Below are positions 1 to 9,600 of a stretch of DNA of 57,837 bases, piece by piece. Source of the stretch: a virus. Taxonomy: Duplodnaviria; Caudoviricetes. Where the stretch lies: the IMG/VR virus record IMGVR_UViG_3300022745_000038, positions 1 to 57,837 of that record; one strand, 5' to 3'. A model generated the notes under the pieces. It had not been told where the DNA came from. It was given only the letters and a program-made list of their open reading frames with translations, and made no database searches. Both the position numbers and the translations under genes were made by a program. Position 1 is the first letter of the stretch. Each line of letters begins with the position of its first letter.

Positions 1-2
1 AA

Positions 3-119
3 AAGCGCCTTGCCAAAGGCCGCGCATACTGGTGCGGCAAAGACGATCGCCGCGAAGTCATGGCGGCGCTGGATTACGCGGAGGCGATCGCCAAAATTCG
101 CGGTTGGAAAACCGAATAG
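3..119 (+). CDS. 3' end of a truncated gene (KRLAKGRAYWCGKDDRREVMAALDYAEAIAKIRGWKTE*), hypothetical
   Basis: Open frame from the window edge to TAG at 117-119, just before the G-rich RBS of the next gene. Confidence 0.5.
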   Translation, partial: KRLAKGRAYWCGKDDRREVMAALDYAEAIAKIRGWKTE

Positions 120-127
120 GGGGGGGC

Positions 128-949
128 GTGAGCACAACCTTGTTGGCAGTGCCGGAGAAGATCAAGGCCGTCGTTGCGGTCGCTGGCGATGTTCGAGAAA
201 CCGCAGCCGATCTCGTGATCGAAGGTCGGGAAGACGCCGCATTCGCCATGCAACTGGCGGGCGAGTGGAAGGCCCACTACAAGACCCTGGAGTCGGAGCG
301 CAAGCGAGCCCTCGCCGAGATCAAGGTGGTATCCGATCGGCTCAAGGGGTTCTATGACCCGCCGATGGAGGCGCTCGAAGCGGCGGCGAAACTGGCCACC
401 GTGAAAGTGGGCAACTGGCAGCAGGAACAGCGCCGACTCGCCGCCATCGAGGAAGCGCGGGCCCGCGAGGCGGCCGAAGCCGAACGTCGCCGCATCGAAG
501 AAGCGCGAGAAGCCGAAGCGCGAGAAGCCGAAGCCAGAGCCAATTCGGCCATGGAGCAGGCAGAGCAAGCCTTCGCCACCGGGGACGAAGAGCAGGGCGA
601 GGCGATGGCGCAGCAGGCCGCGGCCGCAGAGCAGACAGCGATGGCAGTCCGCGATGTGTCACGGCTCGAGCAAACTGTGGTCATGGAGTCCGTTGGCACG
701 ATCAAGGCCGAAGCGGTTGCCGGCCTGGCCCTGCGTAAGACGTGGGCGGTCGAGGCGGTGGACGGCGACGAGAACAAGGCTCTGGCCATGCTGGTGGCAG
801 CCGTCGCAAGTGACCAGCGCCTGCTCGCCTATCTGTCGATCGATTGGGTGGCGGTGCGCAAGGAATGCACCGCGAAGGCCCCCAAGGGCATGTTCGACGT
901 TCCAGGATTCGTGGCCATCCTGAAGGAGACTGCAGTCAACCGTGCGTGA
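128..949 (+). CDS. Coiled-coil phage protein, probably of the recombination module
   Basis: GTG at 128 after AGGGGGG; long E/A/R-rich helical stretch; upstream of ssb. Confidence 0.7.
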   Translation: MSTTLLAVPEKIKAVVAVAGDVRETAADLVIEGREDAAFAMQLAGEWKAHYKTLESERKRALAEIKVVSDRLKGFYDPPMEALEAAAKLATVKVGNWQQEQRRLAAIEEARAREAAEAERRRIEEAREAEAREAEARANSAMEQAEQAFATGDEEQGEAMAQQAAAAEQTAMAVRDVSRLEQTVVMESVGTIKAEAVAGLALRKTWAVEAVDGDENKALAMLVAAVASDQRLLAYLSIDWVAVRKECTAKAPKGMFDVPGFVAILKETAVNRA

Positions 950-957
950 TGTCCGTC

Positions 958-974
958 ACCGCCACAGTGGCGGA
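958..974. repeat. 17-bp palindrome copy 1 (aCCGCCACAGTGGCGGA, one outer mismatch), intergenic
   Basis: Read directly; 8 nt after the stop at 949. Confidence 0.9.
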
Positions 975-1018
975 CTCCAGATAGAGTCTGCACGCCTTTC
1001 CAACAACCCGAGGGGAAA

Positions 1019-1516
1019 ATGAAAACCGTACTCGCAATGATCGCCGCAGCACTGACATCGATGAACGCGCTCGCAACTGGCCCGTCCCCAGCGGCCCCAG
1101 CCATCAACCAATCGCCATCCATCCAGCAGACCGTATCGCCAACCGTGGCGCCGGTCATTGCCCCGCAAACGATCGGGGCATCAGACAACCACTTCGACAA
1201 CCACCAGCGTACGGTGGCCATCGGTCTGGCGGCTTCGGTATCGGCCGCGACCTGCTACGGGTCCATCCTCGGCGGGCTCGCAGTGTGGTCGAGCGAGCCG
1301 TGCGTCCGGCACTTCAAGTTCCTGCAATTCCTTGGTTCGCAGAATTTCCCGGCCGCGCATGAATTTCTGTGCCAAGACGACGACCAGCGCGCCGCGATCC
1401 TCGCCGCTGGCCAACAATGCAAGGGCGAGAAAAAGCGGTCCGGCCCGATCTTCCAGACCGGCGCGGAAGGGGATCACGGCTGGACTGCATACAGGCCATT
1501 CCGCCAAGAGCAGTAA
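1019..1516 (+). CDS. Hypothetical exported protein
   Basis: GAGGGG RBS; signal-peptide-like N-terminus MKTVLAMIAAALTSMNALA; four Cys. Confidence 0.7.
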   Translation: MKTVLAMIAAALTSMNALATGPSPAAPAINQSPSIQQTVSPTVAPVIAPQTIGASDNHFDNHQRTVAIGLAASVSAATCYGSILGGLAVWSSEPCVRHFKFLQFLGSQNFPAAHEFLCQDDDQRAAILAAGQQCKGEKKRSGPIFQTGAEGDHGWTAYRPFRQEQ

Positions 1517-1743
1517 CCAGGTTCCCGGGGCGACCCGGGGTGCCTGAATTTGCCCATTCCGTTGCGACTCCTTCGGCTCTAACCTCCGAGAGCCTCCTCC
1601 TGTAGTGCCGTGGGAGTGGAGTGGGTAATTTCAGGCGCAGTGCGGGCGTGCTGCCACGCGGGCAGCAGAGGTTCTCCTGCCTCGGTGACCGGCCGGCAAC
1701 CCGGCCCCGCCTGCTGCCTGACCACCAACCACTGGAGACCTGA

Positions 1744-2217
1744 ATGGCTTCGCTGAATCAAGTGAATCTGCTCGGCAATTGCGGCCGGGACCCGGATGTT
1801 CGATACACCACGGATGGCGCAGCGATCACGAACGTATCGATCGCGACCACCCGCTCGTGGAAGAACAAGGAAGGCGAGAAGCAAGAGGAGACCGAGTGGC
1901 ACCGCCTCTCGTTCTTCGGTCGACTCGCAGAGATCGCCGCCGAATACCTGAAGAAGGGGGACCCGGTCCTCGTCACCGGCCGCCTGCGAACCCGCAAGTG
2001 GGAAGACAAGGACGGCAACGAGCGGCATACCACCGAGATCGTGGTCGAGCAGATGCAGTTGCTGGGCGGCAAGCGCCGTGCCGGAGACGATGAGCCAGAT
2101 GACCGACCGCGCGCCAGCAGCAAGAAGAACGAGTCCAGGCAGGGATCGACGCCTTTGGGGCCTGATGATGACATCCCGTTCAACGGCGTGGACAAGCGCC
2201 TTGCCCTGATCCTTTGA
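1744..2217 (+). CDS. ssb: Single-stranded DNA-binding protein
   Basis: MASLNQVNLLGNCGRDPDVRY...TEWHR...GRLRTRKW, acidic DDDIPF tail; GGAG RBS. Confidence 0.97.
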   Translation: MASLNQVNLLGNCGRDPDVRYTTDGAAITNVSIATTRSWKNKEGEKQEETEWHRLSFFGRLAEIAAEYLKKGDPVLVTGRLRTRKWEDKDGNERHTTEIVVEQMQLLGGKRRAGDDEPDDRPRASSKKNESRQGSTPLGPDDDIPFNGVDKRLALIL

Positions 2218-2228
2218 CCGAGGAACCC

Positions 2229-2786
2229 ATGAACATCCGTGACTACCAATCCGCCGCGATGCAATTCCTGAATGACGACGTTCCGGATCCGATCAAGTTG
2301 ATCCACGGCCCGTTGGGCATGGCGAACGAAGCAGGCGAGGTGCTCGGTCTGTACAAGAAGCACCTGATCTACGGGAAGCCTCTCGACCTGCAGGAGGTGT
2401 GCAAGGAAGTCGGCGACGTCATGTGGTATGCCGCGCGGACGGCGCACGCCCACGGGTTCGGTCTCGGCGATTGGGGGGGCTCGGCGAGGATCATGTCCAA
2501 GGCCGATCGAAACCGAGGTCTGCTCCACTACCCCTCGGCACTCGCAGTGCGAACCGCGGCCCTACTCGACTCAGCCGAATCGGCGATGACGATTCGGCTG
2601 CCGATGGGGCTGGAAGACGTGGGCCTCGCGGTCGGGGTGATCGTCGTACGCTGCACGCAGATCCTTGACCGTCATGCCGTGTCGATCATCGACGCCATGG
2701 AGATGAACATCGAGAAGCTGTCCAAGCGCTACCCGAAGGGCACGTTCTCCGCATCCGACGCAATGGCCAAGGCGGACGAGCGGTGA
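2229..2786 (+). CDS. MazG-like nucleotide pyrophosphohydrolase
   Basis: LGMANEAGEV...KEVGDVMWY and NIEKLSKRYP motifs; GAGG RBS before ATG 2229. Confidence 0.85.
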   Translation: MNIRDYQSAAMQFLNDDVPDPIKLIHGPLGMANEAGEVLGLYKKHLIYGKPLDLQEVCKEVGDVMWYAARTAHAHGFGLGDWGGSARIMSKADRNRGLLHYPSALAVRTAALLDSAESAMTIRLPMGLEDVGLAVGVIVVRCTQILDRHAVSIIDAMEMNIEKLSKRYPKGTFSASDAMAKADER

Positions 2787-2852
2787 TGGACCCTTATCAG
2801 GTCCTGCGATTCATCCTCTTCGCCATGGCGATCGGAGCGGGAGGATGGACGT

Positions 2853-3470
2853 TCATCCAGATACTGGAGTGGTGGTGCGAGACTCGGGAACAACGACGCT
2901 CATCACGTCGTGAAAGTTCTCCGCGTCGAACGCCGTCGAGTGGCCCCAGCCGTCATGCCTGACCACCTGAATCGGAACGTTGGTTTTCACGTTCTGAGGG
3001 CCACGCCGACCGAGGTCATCGAATCCGAGTGCGTGGCCAATCAGCGTGTCAGCAATCACCATCGCCATGTCGGCCGTGCCGATGTGGATGGAGATGAGAT
3101 CCGCCTGAATCATGTTGATGCCGTTCGCGTCGCAATCCTCCGGGCACGCCGGGGAGATCAGGCTGACCTGGCCGAGCTTCGGCCATCCGAGTTCATCCAG
3201 CGCAAGACGCACCACGTTCGCTCCGTTGGAGTGGGCGACGATGTCAACCATCCAACCGGCGTCAAGGTAATACCCGATCTTCTTCGCCAACTTCGATCCG
3301 CGGTATGCCGTCACCGCTCCACGGGAAAGGGCATCCGTGAAGTACTCGAACGACTCAGCGCGATGATCAGGCCGGTTCAGGTGCGTCCAAGTCACCGCCC
3401 GGCTGGTCCAGTTCGACGTGTCCCCTGGTTTCGTGAAGATGCCGCAGACGTGGATGGCTACTCGTTGCAT
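2853..3470 (-). CDS. Alpha/beta-hydrolase (esterase/lipase-like)
   Basis: VHGIF-like VCGIF, nucleophile elbow IVAHSNG, later Asp and GHS; GAGAGG RBS. Confidence 0.7.
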   Translation of the reverse strand: MQRVAIHVCGIFTKPGDTSNWTSRAVTWTHLNRPDHRAESFEYFTDALSRGAVTAYRGSKLAKKIGYYLDAGWMVDIVAHSNGANVVRLALDELGWPKLGQVSLISPACPEDCDANGINMIQADLISIHIGTADMAMVIADTLIGHALGFDDLGRRGPQNVKTNVPIQVVRHDGWGHSTAFDAENFHDVMSVVVPESRTTTPVSG

Positions 3471-3614
3471 TGGGACCTCTCGTGGAGTTGATCTTCATCT
3501 CCGTCGTGCTTGCCATGGCCATCATGAAGTCTCTGGAGATGATCGGACCACGATGGCGGGCGGCCCTTGGTGGCGCCGCCCTCGCGTTCATTCTGGCCGC
3601 CGGCATTCTGCGCG

Positions 3615-6600
3615 CTACTGACGCATCGCCGCGCGTTGCAATTCCACAGTCCGGGCAATCTGGGCCCGTTGCTGAGACAGCCGGTCGATGACCTCGCGCT
3701 TCTCGCTCGGATCCATGGCTCGGTACTGAGCGAGGCGCAGTGCCTTGTTGATCTCGCCGATCTTCTTCTCCGCCTGCGTGTAGGCCTTGTTGAGAACGAT
3801 CTTGTCCTCATTCTCGGCCGCGAGACGGGTGGCCTTCTCCAGTTCTCCCAGTTCGCGCGCCTGCTTGATGTCGGCCATCACTTCGTGGACTGCTTTCGCC
3901 TGCTTGTAGAAGTCCTCGACATAGCGTGAACGGTTGGACGGGACTTCCTTCACGAAGTCACCGATCACAAACGTCTCATCCCACCGGCGCGTGGCGTGCG
4001 TTCTCCCGCGGAGGGGATCCGCCGCCATGGTGTCCACCCCCATCGCGATGTGCGAGCCAAGCCACCCGAAGTAGGCTCGGATCAAGTGGTCAACCTGCAC
4101 GGGAGAGATCCCGGTCGTGTCGCCAGCAGCGCCCAGCGTCTCGGCGATCCACGAGGTGTTGTAACTCTTTCGCTCGCTCTTCGAGAACCGTTCCATGCCC
4201 TTGGTTTCGATCTGCCGCCCGGTGAACGAGTCCTTGTTGGCGTACAGGTCGAGCGCCGGCTTGAACAGTTGCGGCACCGGGTTCATGGCGAAGGTGTCCT
4301 TGACCATGGACGCCATACGCTCACCCAACCGCTTCCCGGTCATCTCGTCGGAGATGACAAACTCCCAGGAGCGCTCCGCGATCGTACCAAGGGCACCAAT
4401 CTCGAATGGCTTGGGAATCCGGAACGCAGTGTCGCCGATCTTGAACCACCAATAGGCGTCCCGGTCCCAGTCCTCCCGGGCCTTCCAGTCGTCGTCGTCT
4501 GCGTAGGCGAGCAGTAGTCCGATCGACGCCAGCGCCACTGCGGCGGACACCGCGAACAGCCGGGTCGGGTCTTCCTTGCCGGCTCGCCCGAGTTTGTAGA
4601 GGCCCTGCGCGCGAGCGTTCAGGAACGGGACCACCTGAGACAGGAAACGCATGGCCACGAACGATCCCTGGAGTTGGAAGTCCAGGAAGTCGCGCGCCTG
4701 GTAGGCAGCCTCGAGCGGGGGCACACCGCGGGCGATCAGTTGCTTGTAGAGGGCCGCCCGGTTGATGTTCTCCATCCGGTCGCCGAAGTCCTGGTACGAG
4801 TCCCAGACCTTGCCGAAGGCGGCTTTGATCTTCTCCGGGGTGCTCAGGATGGTGTTCGCATCCACGCCCTGCTCGATCAGCCGCTTGGCGTGCTCGGCGT
4901 GGTCATCGTTGAACTGGCCGAAGCGCATCATTGCTCCGCCAAACAGCATCTGGGCGTACTCGGTCGAGTCCTTGCGCGTGCCCTGCCAGCCCTCCACCAG
5001 GTTCTTCGCCACGTTGTAGGACATGTCGTTCTGGCCGATCGCCGCCAGCGAATCCCGGATCAGGTTGCGGATCTTGAACGATGGGGAGATGGTCGTGCCG
5101 ATAGTCAGGGTGCGTTTGGCCTTGGACATCCAGTCCATCGCCCAGCCGCGCAGCGGGCCAGCCTCGAGGGCGGTGATGGCATCCAGCACGAACGGATCGC
5201 CCACCACCATCCAGTGCTCCTTGCCCTGGTCCATGAAGTAGGTCGCGCTTCCCTTGCCAGACGTGCGTTTGGCGATCTGGCGAGCCGTGTCGGCGTCAGC
5301 GGTGATCGCCACGCCCTGCCGCTCCGCCTCGGTCAGCGAAGCCGCAGCGGCTTGATTCGCCATGCTGGCGGAGATCAGGTGTGACCAGTTGCGCAGCGTG
5401 TTTTCCATCAGGTCGCCAAGGTTCTCCTCGCCACCCTTCAGTTTCTGGAACGCGCGCTGCCGCACCAAACCCTTGACCATCCCCGGGCCGCTGATCTCGT
5501 TGCCCTCCATCTCGCGATAGAAGGGGACGTAGAACTCCGATTCCCAGACGGCTCGACCGACCGGGTCGATCAGGCCGGTCTTTTCGGCGATGTCGAGCAC
5601 CGACTTGTTGTAGTCCTGCAACGTCTGTAGCGCCCGCGCGTAGGCCTGCGCACGCGAGGATCCGTCCGGCATGTTGCCCCGGTTCGCGCCTTGCAACGCC
5701 GCGATCTCGGCCGGCGTGAACAGGTGCTCCCTGCCCTCGATCATCAGTTTGGCCGACCGATTGCCGGCGACCCACGCGAGGAACCGGTCGTGCTCGCCAT
5801 TGAGCGCCTGCATGGCGCCCAGGAAGCCCTTGCCGTCGAGATCCCCGTAGATGTGTCCATCGGCATGCATCACCGGCTTGCCGTGCAGCAGGAGGCCTTC
5901 CAGAACCCCGTCCGCGCTTTTCGACATCCGCGCCAGGACGTAGGCCTTGTGGCTGAGTTTCTCCAGCGGGCGGAACTGGTCGAACACGCCCTGCACAAGG
6001 CGCGTCTTCCAGTTGTCCATCATCCCTGACACCTTCTCGCGCAGGGTCTTCTTCGGGGCGTAGGTGTCGATCTTGCCGGTGGCCGATTCAAGGGCGGCAT
6101 TGCCCTTGGCCCAGTCCGGCGTGCGCGAGACGGAGGCCATCACTTCCGGTCGTTGGCGTTCCGGTTGAGGTTGGCCGCGAACTCTCTCGCCACCTTCAGG
6201 GACCACGCCCTGTGGTTCCTGGCGATTCGAGGAGGCTGAGGTGCCGCGGTAGACGGCTTCGGAGATTCGACCTTGGGCGTATTCACTTTCGAGTGCCTCG
6301 CGCAATGATTGTCCGACGTTTTCATCAACGGCCGGGACGGAGGATCTGGCCACCACTGCTGCCTTCCCCTTGCCCCTGCCGTTGTCCACAACCACAATTG
6401 TCACGCGATCGTTGCCGCGATACCTATCGGCCAATTGGTCTACGACCTTTCTGGCTCCGACGTGGGTCTTCGCGTGCTCGTTCATCGGCACGGTCCGCCC
6501 CATACGCATTGCGCGCGGCAAAGCGCCATGCACCAGGGCCTCGACCGGGTCCCGGTACGTGTAGAGGATCGTCACGTCACGGCCGGACTTCAGGGCTGCC

Positions 6601-9600
6601 TCTATCTTGGACACGCTGCTTGGCAGCGCGTTCATGTTCGTGTCGTAGATAATCTCCGCCCGGTCGGCCGCGCCGGCCAATATCCTCAGGCCAGTCGACT
6701 TTCCGGCCCCGGTTCCTCCGGCGGTGAAAAGAACGACAGGGTCGCGGTTGGCTGGCGTGGGGGCCGCCAACATGTCGGCATAGCGCCGCTTGACGAAAGC
6801 AGAAGCTGGTTCATGAACCGCGGCCGACAGCGTGCGGTCCTCGCGGTACTCCGGGGACAACTCGCGGGCCAGGTCGGTATTGAGCACCCGACCGCCCATC
6901 GCATCGGGCAGTGCGTTGTACTCAGCAACGGCCGCTTCGTAGTCAGAGTCGATCTTCGCCTGCAGGCGATCTTCGATCTGCCTGTTGGTCAATTTCGGAG
7001 CGACGGAAGCGACCGCCTCATCGCCAGCGGCCCGCTCGCTGACATCGACGCCACCAAGCATTTCCGCGATCTTGGATCGTTCCTTGGGCGTCGACTTCCT
7101 GGACATCGGGAACGACGCGCCATCTTCAGACCTGGTGACCGCTCCCACCGGATCAGAAAGGAACATCCGCACCGCGGCCAGCGCTTTCTGCGTGTCCGAT
7201 ACCGGAACGGCAACATTCAGGACGAAGCGTCCCCTGCCAGTAGCGGCGCTCCCTTGGTCCGAAGGGCCGCCCGCATTTCCGCTCTTGACTCCGCGTCCAG
7301 CGGCTCCTGCAAACCCGACATTTCCAGCCAGTTCGCTTCGGTAACTGGAAGACGGAGCCTTTCCAGTTCGGCCACTATCGGATCCCTCCCAGCTTGGGGG
7401 GTCAATACGCCCAGCGCGCTGGACGATTTCGTTCCGCGCTTCATCAGTGGTCACCTCGCCAGCGTCGACTCGACGCCAGATGTTGTCGATCGCCTGAACA
7501 TTCGACTTCTTGGCCTTGAACGTGGGTTTGAACAGCCCGCGCACGGCCTCCCAGGTAATAGACTGCATTTCCCGAGGAAAGATCCCTCGAACAGCCGCTG
7601 CCCTACGGTATGCCTCGGCATAGATCCCATAGGTCCCTTGCGCACCGGTTATCGAGGAACTCGCAACTCCACCGCTGCCGAAGTTGTGGGTCACCTCCGC
7701 AGAACTCCCGGACATGCCACGGAGCAGTCCAGCGGCGACGGCATGGGTGTCGATCGTCACCGAACCACCTTCGTCGTTCGGCTCAGTGATGTTGTTGAAG
7801 AACGACCTGACCTTGTGCTGATCTCCCAAAAGGGCGCTGATGTTTTCGCGGCTGCCATCCGTCAATGCGGAGATGGCCTTGCCGATCTCTGAAAACGACC
7901 CCCACGCAAGTTTGCTGTTGCTCCCCTTCCCCGTCTTCATCCACCCTATGAATGCCCCAGTCGGAGCGCTCATCCGGTAACTGCGCGGGTTGTGGGCCTG
8001 GTCGTACACCCGAATCCAGGCGGCTTTCTGCACCAACGTCTTCAACTGCGAAAGACGTTTCCCGGCCACCTGGCCGCGCAGACTCTTGGGCAGGATCTTT
8101 CCGGCGATCATGTCCATTGCCGGATCCCAACGATGCTGCTGCTGGTCGTGCCAAACGTCGAGCACCCGCTCGGCGGCCGTCACGTTCATGTACCAGTCCT
8201 TCTGCGGGGACATCGCAGCGATCACTGCGGCGGACTGGTCTCTAGTCACCCCGTACTTCGCAGCCCATGCGTCAGCCAATTTGCGAGCGCCGTCGTACCA
8301 CTGCTTGGAATTCGCCCGGGTAGCCGCCGGCACCTGATCGTGCAACCAGAGAAGGTTGTCCGTGATGCGCTGTACGATCTGCTCGGCGCGCTCGTCCGGG
8401 GTCCCGGCGATCCCGCCCATGCCCGGATACTCGGACATGATGTCGATATTCTTGGCGAACGCCGCCTCTCCGGACCGGCGCATTGCGTCCAGGTCGATCT
8501 GCAGGCTTTCGGCCAGAGGGTCTTCCGTGGCCTTCTTCGCGGTCGGCCGTCTTGCGCTGACGGTTGAGGCGACAGCCACCACATCGCCATCAGCGCCGCC
8601 CGCATATCGGTCTGACAAAATCTTTGTGTCCTCGGCGGAGAACACAACGTAGTTGCTCTCTTTGGGCTGAAGCGCATCAGCGTACTGGATTCCAAGCACG
8701 CCACGCGCCAACAGTTCCATGCTTGCGTCTCTTGCAGACCCTAGTTTCTGCGCCATCCCCCTGTATGCCGCTCCACCAGTCCCAGACTCTGGCAACCCAA
8801 AGCCAGACCAGGCTGCCTTGACAACGTCAGGCTGATCATTGAATCCCCTATCCCACCTAAGCATGTTCGTAGTTTCAGGAATATCTGCCGTGTACAAACC
8901 TCCGGCGTACTCCACCTTCATTTTCTTGAGGAGGGCGATTGCCGAATCAATTTCGGCATCACTGGCATCGTCCATCCATCCAGAATCTCTCTCCTTTGGA
9001 TCGCGCATCGCATCAAAGGTGTCACGAGCATCGACCAGCCCGTTGTCTACGGCATATCGCAAAGCCTCCCCGGGGACCTTGCCGAATTTCTCGACCGCCG
9101 TCTCGTAAAGTTCCTCAATTGGGACCAAGCCAAGCTTTGTTACCTCTTCCGACAGTTGCCTTCTATGCCATTCCGCGATTTCCGGCTTGCTCGTGAAATA
9201 CAAACCCCACCCATAGTCGTTATCGCCACTCCCTTCCCCAATTTTGGCAGTGTCGAATTTGGATATCCCTCGACGGCCGGAACCGTGGTAGGCAATCATG
9301 GCGGCCACCGACCCGTCGGCACCATGGAAATTATCGACGGCCGATTCGTTCGAGATTTCCCGAAGGAACGTCCGCACCTCGGCGTCGGTCGCGCCGTTGC
9401 TCTTGAACCATCCGCGCAACCAGTCCATGAACCGGCCAAGCATCGTGCGCGGCGTGCGCAGCGCGGTGGCGTTCACCCCGTACCGGTCTGCCAACCCTGA
9501 GAAGTCGCCCGTGGTGTCGGCGGCGATCAACTCCATCAAGGCCTCTTCCATCGACAGCCGACCGACCGCGATGCCACGGTCAGCCGCCACCGCCTCGGAA

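Noticed and set aside
3470-3691. Small + strand membrane ORF between the hydrolase and the giant gene
   Set aside because: No clear RBS, opposite to the operon and overlapping the giant gene end; insufficient support.
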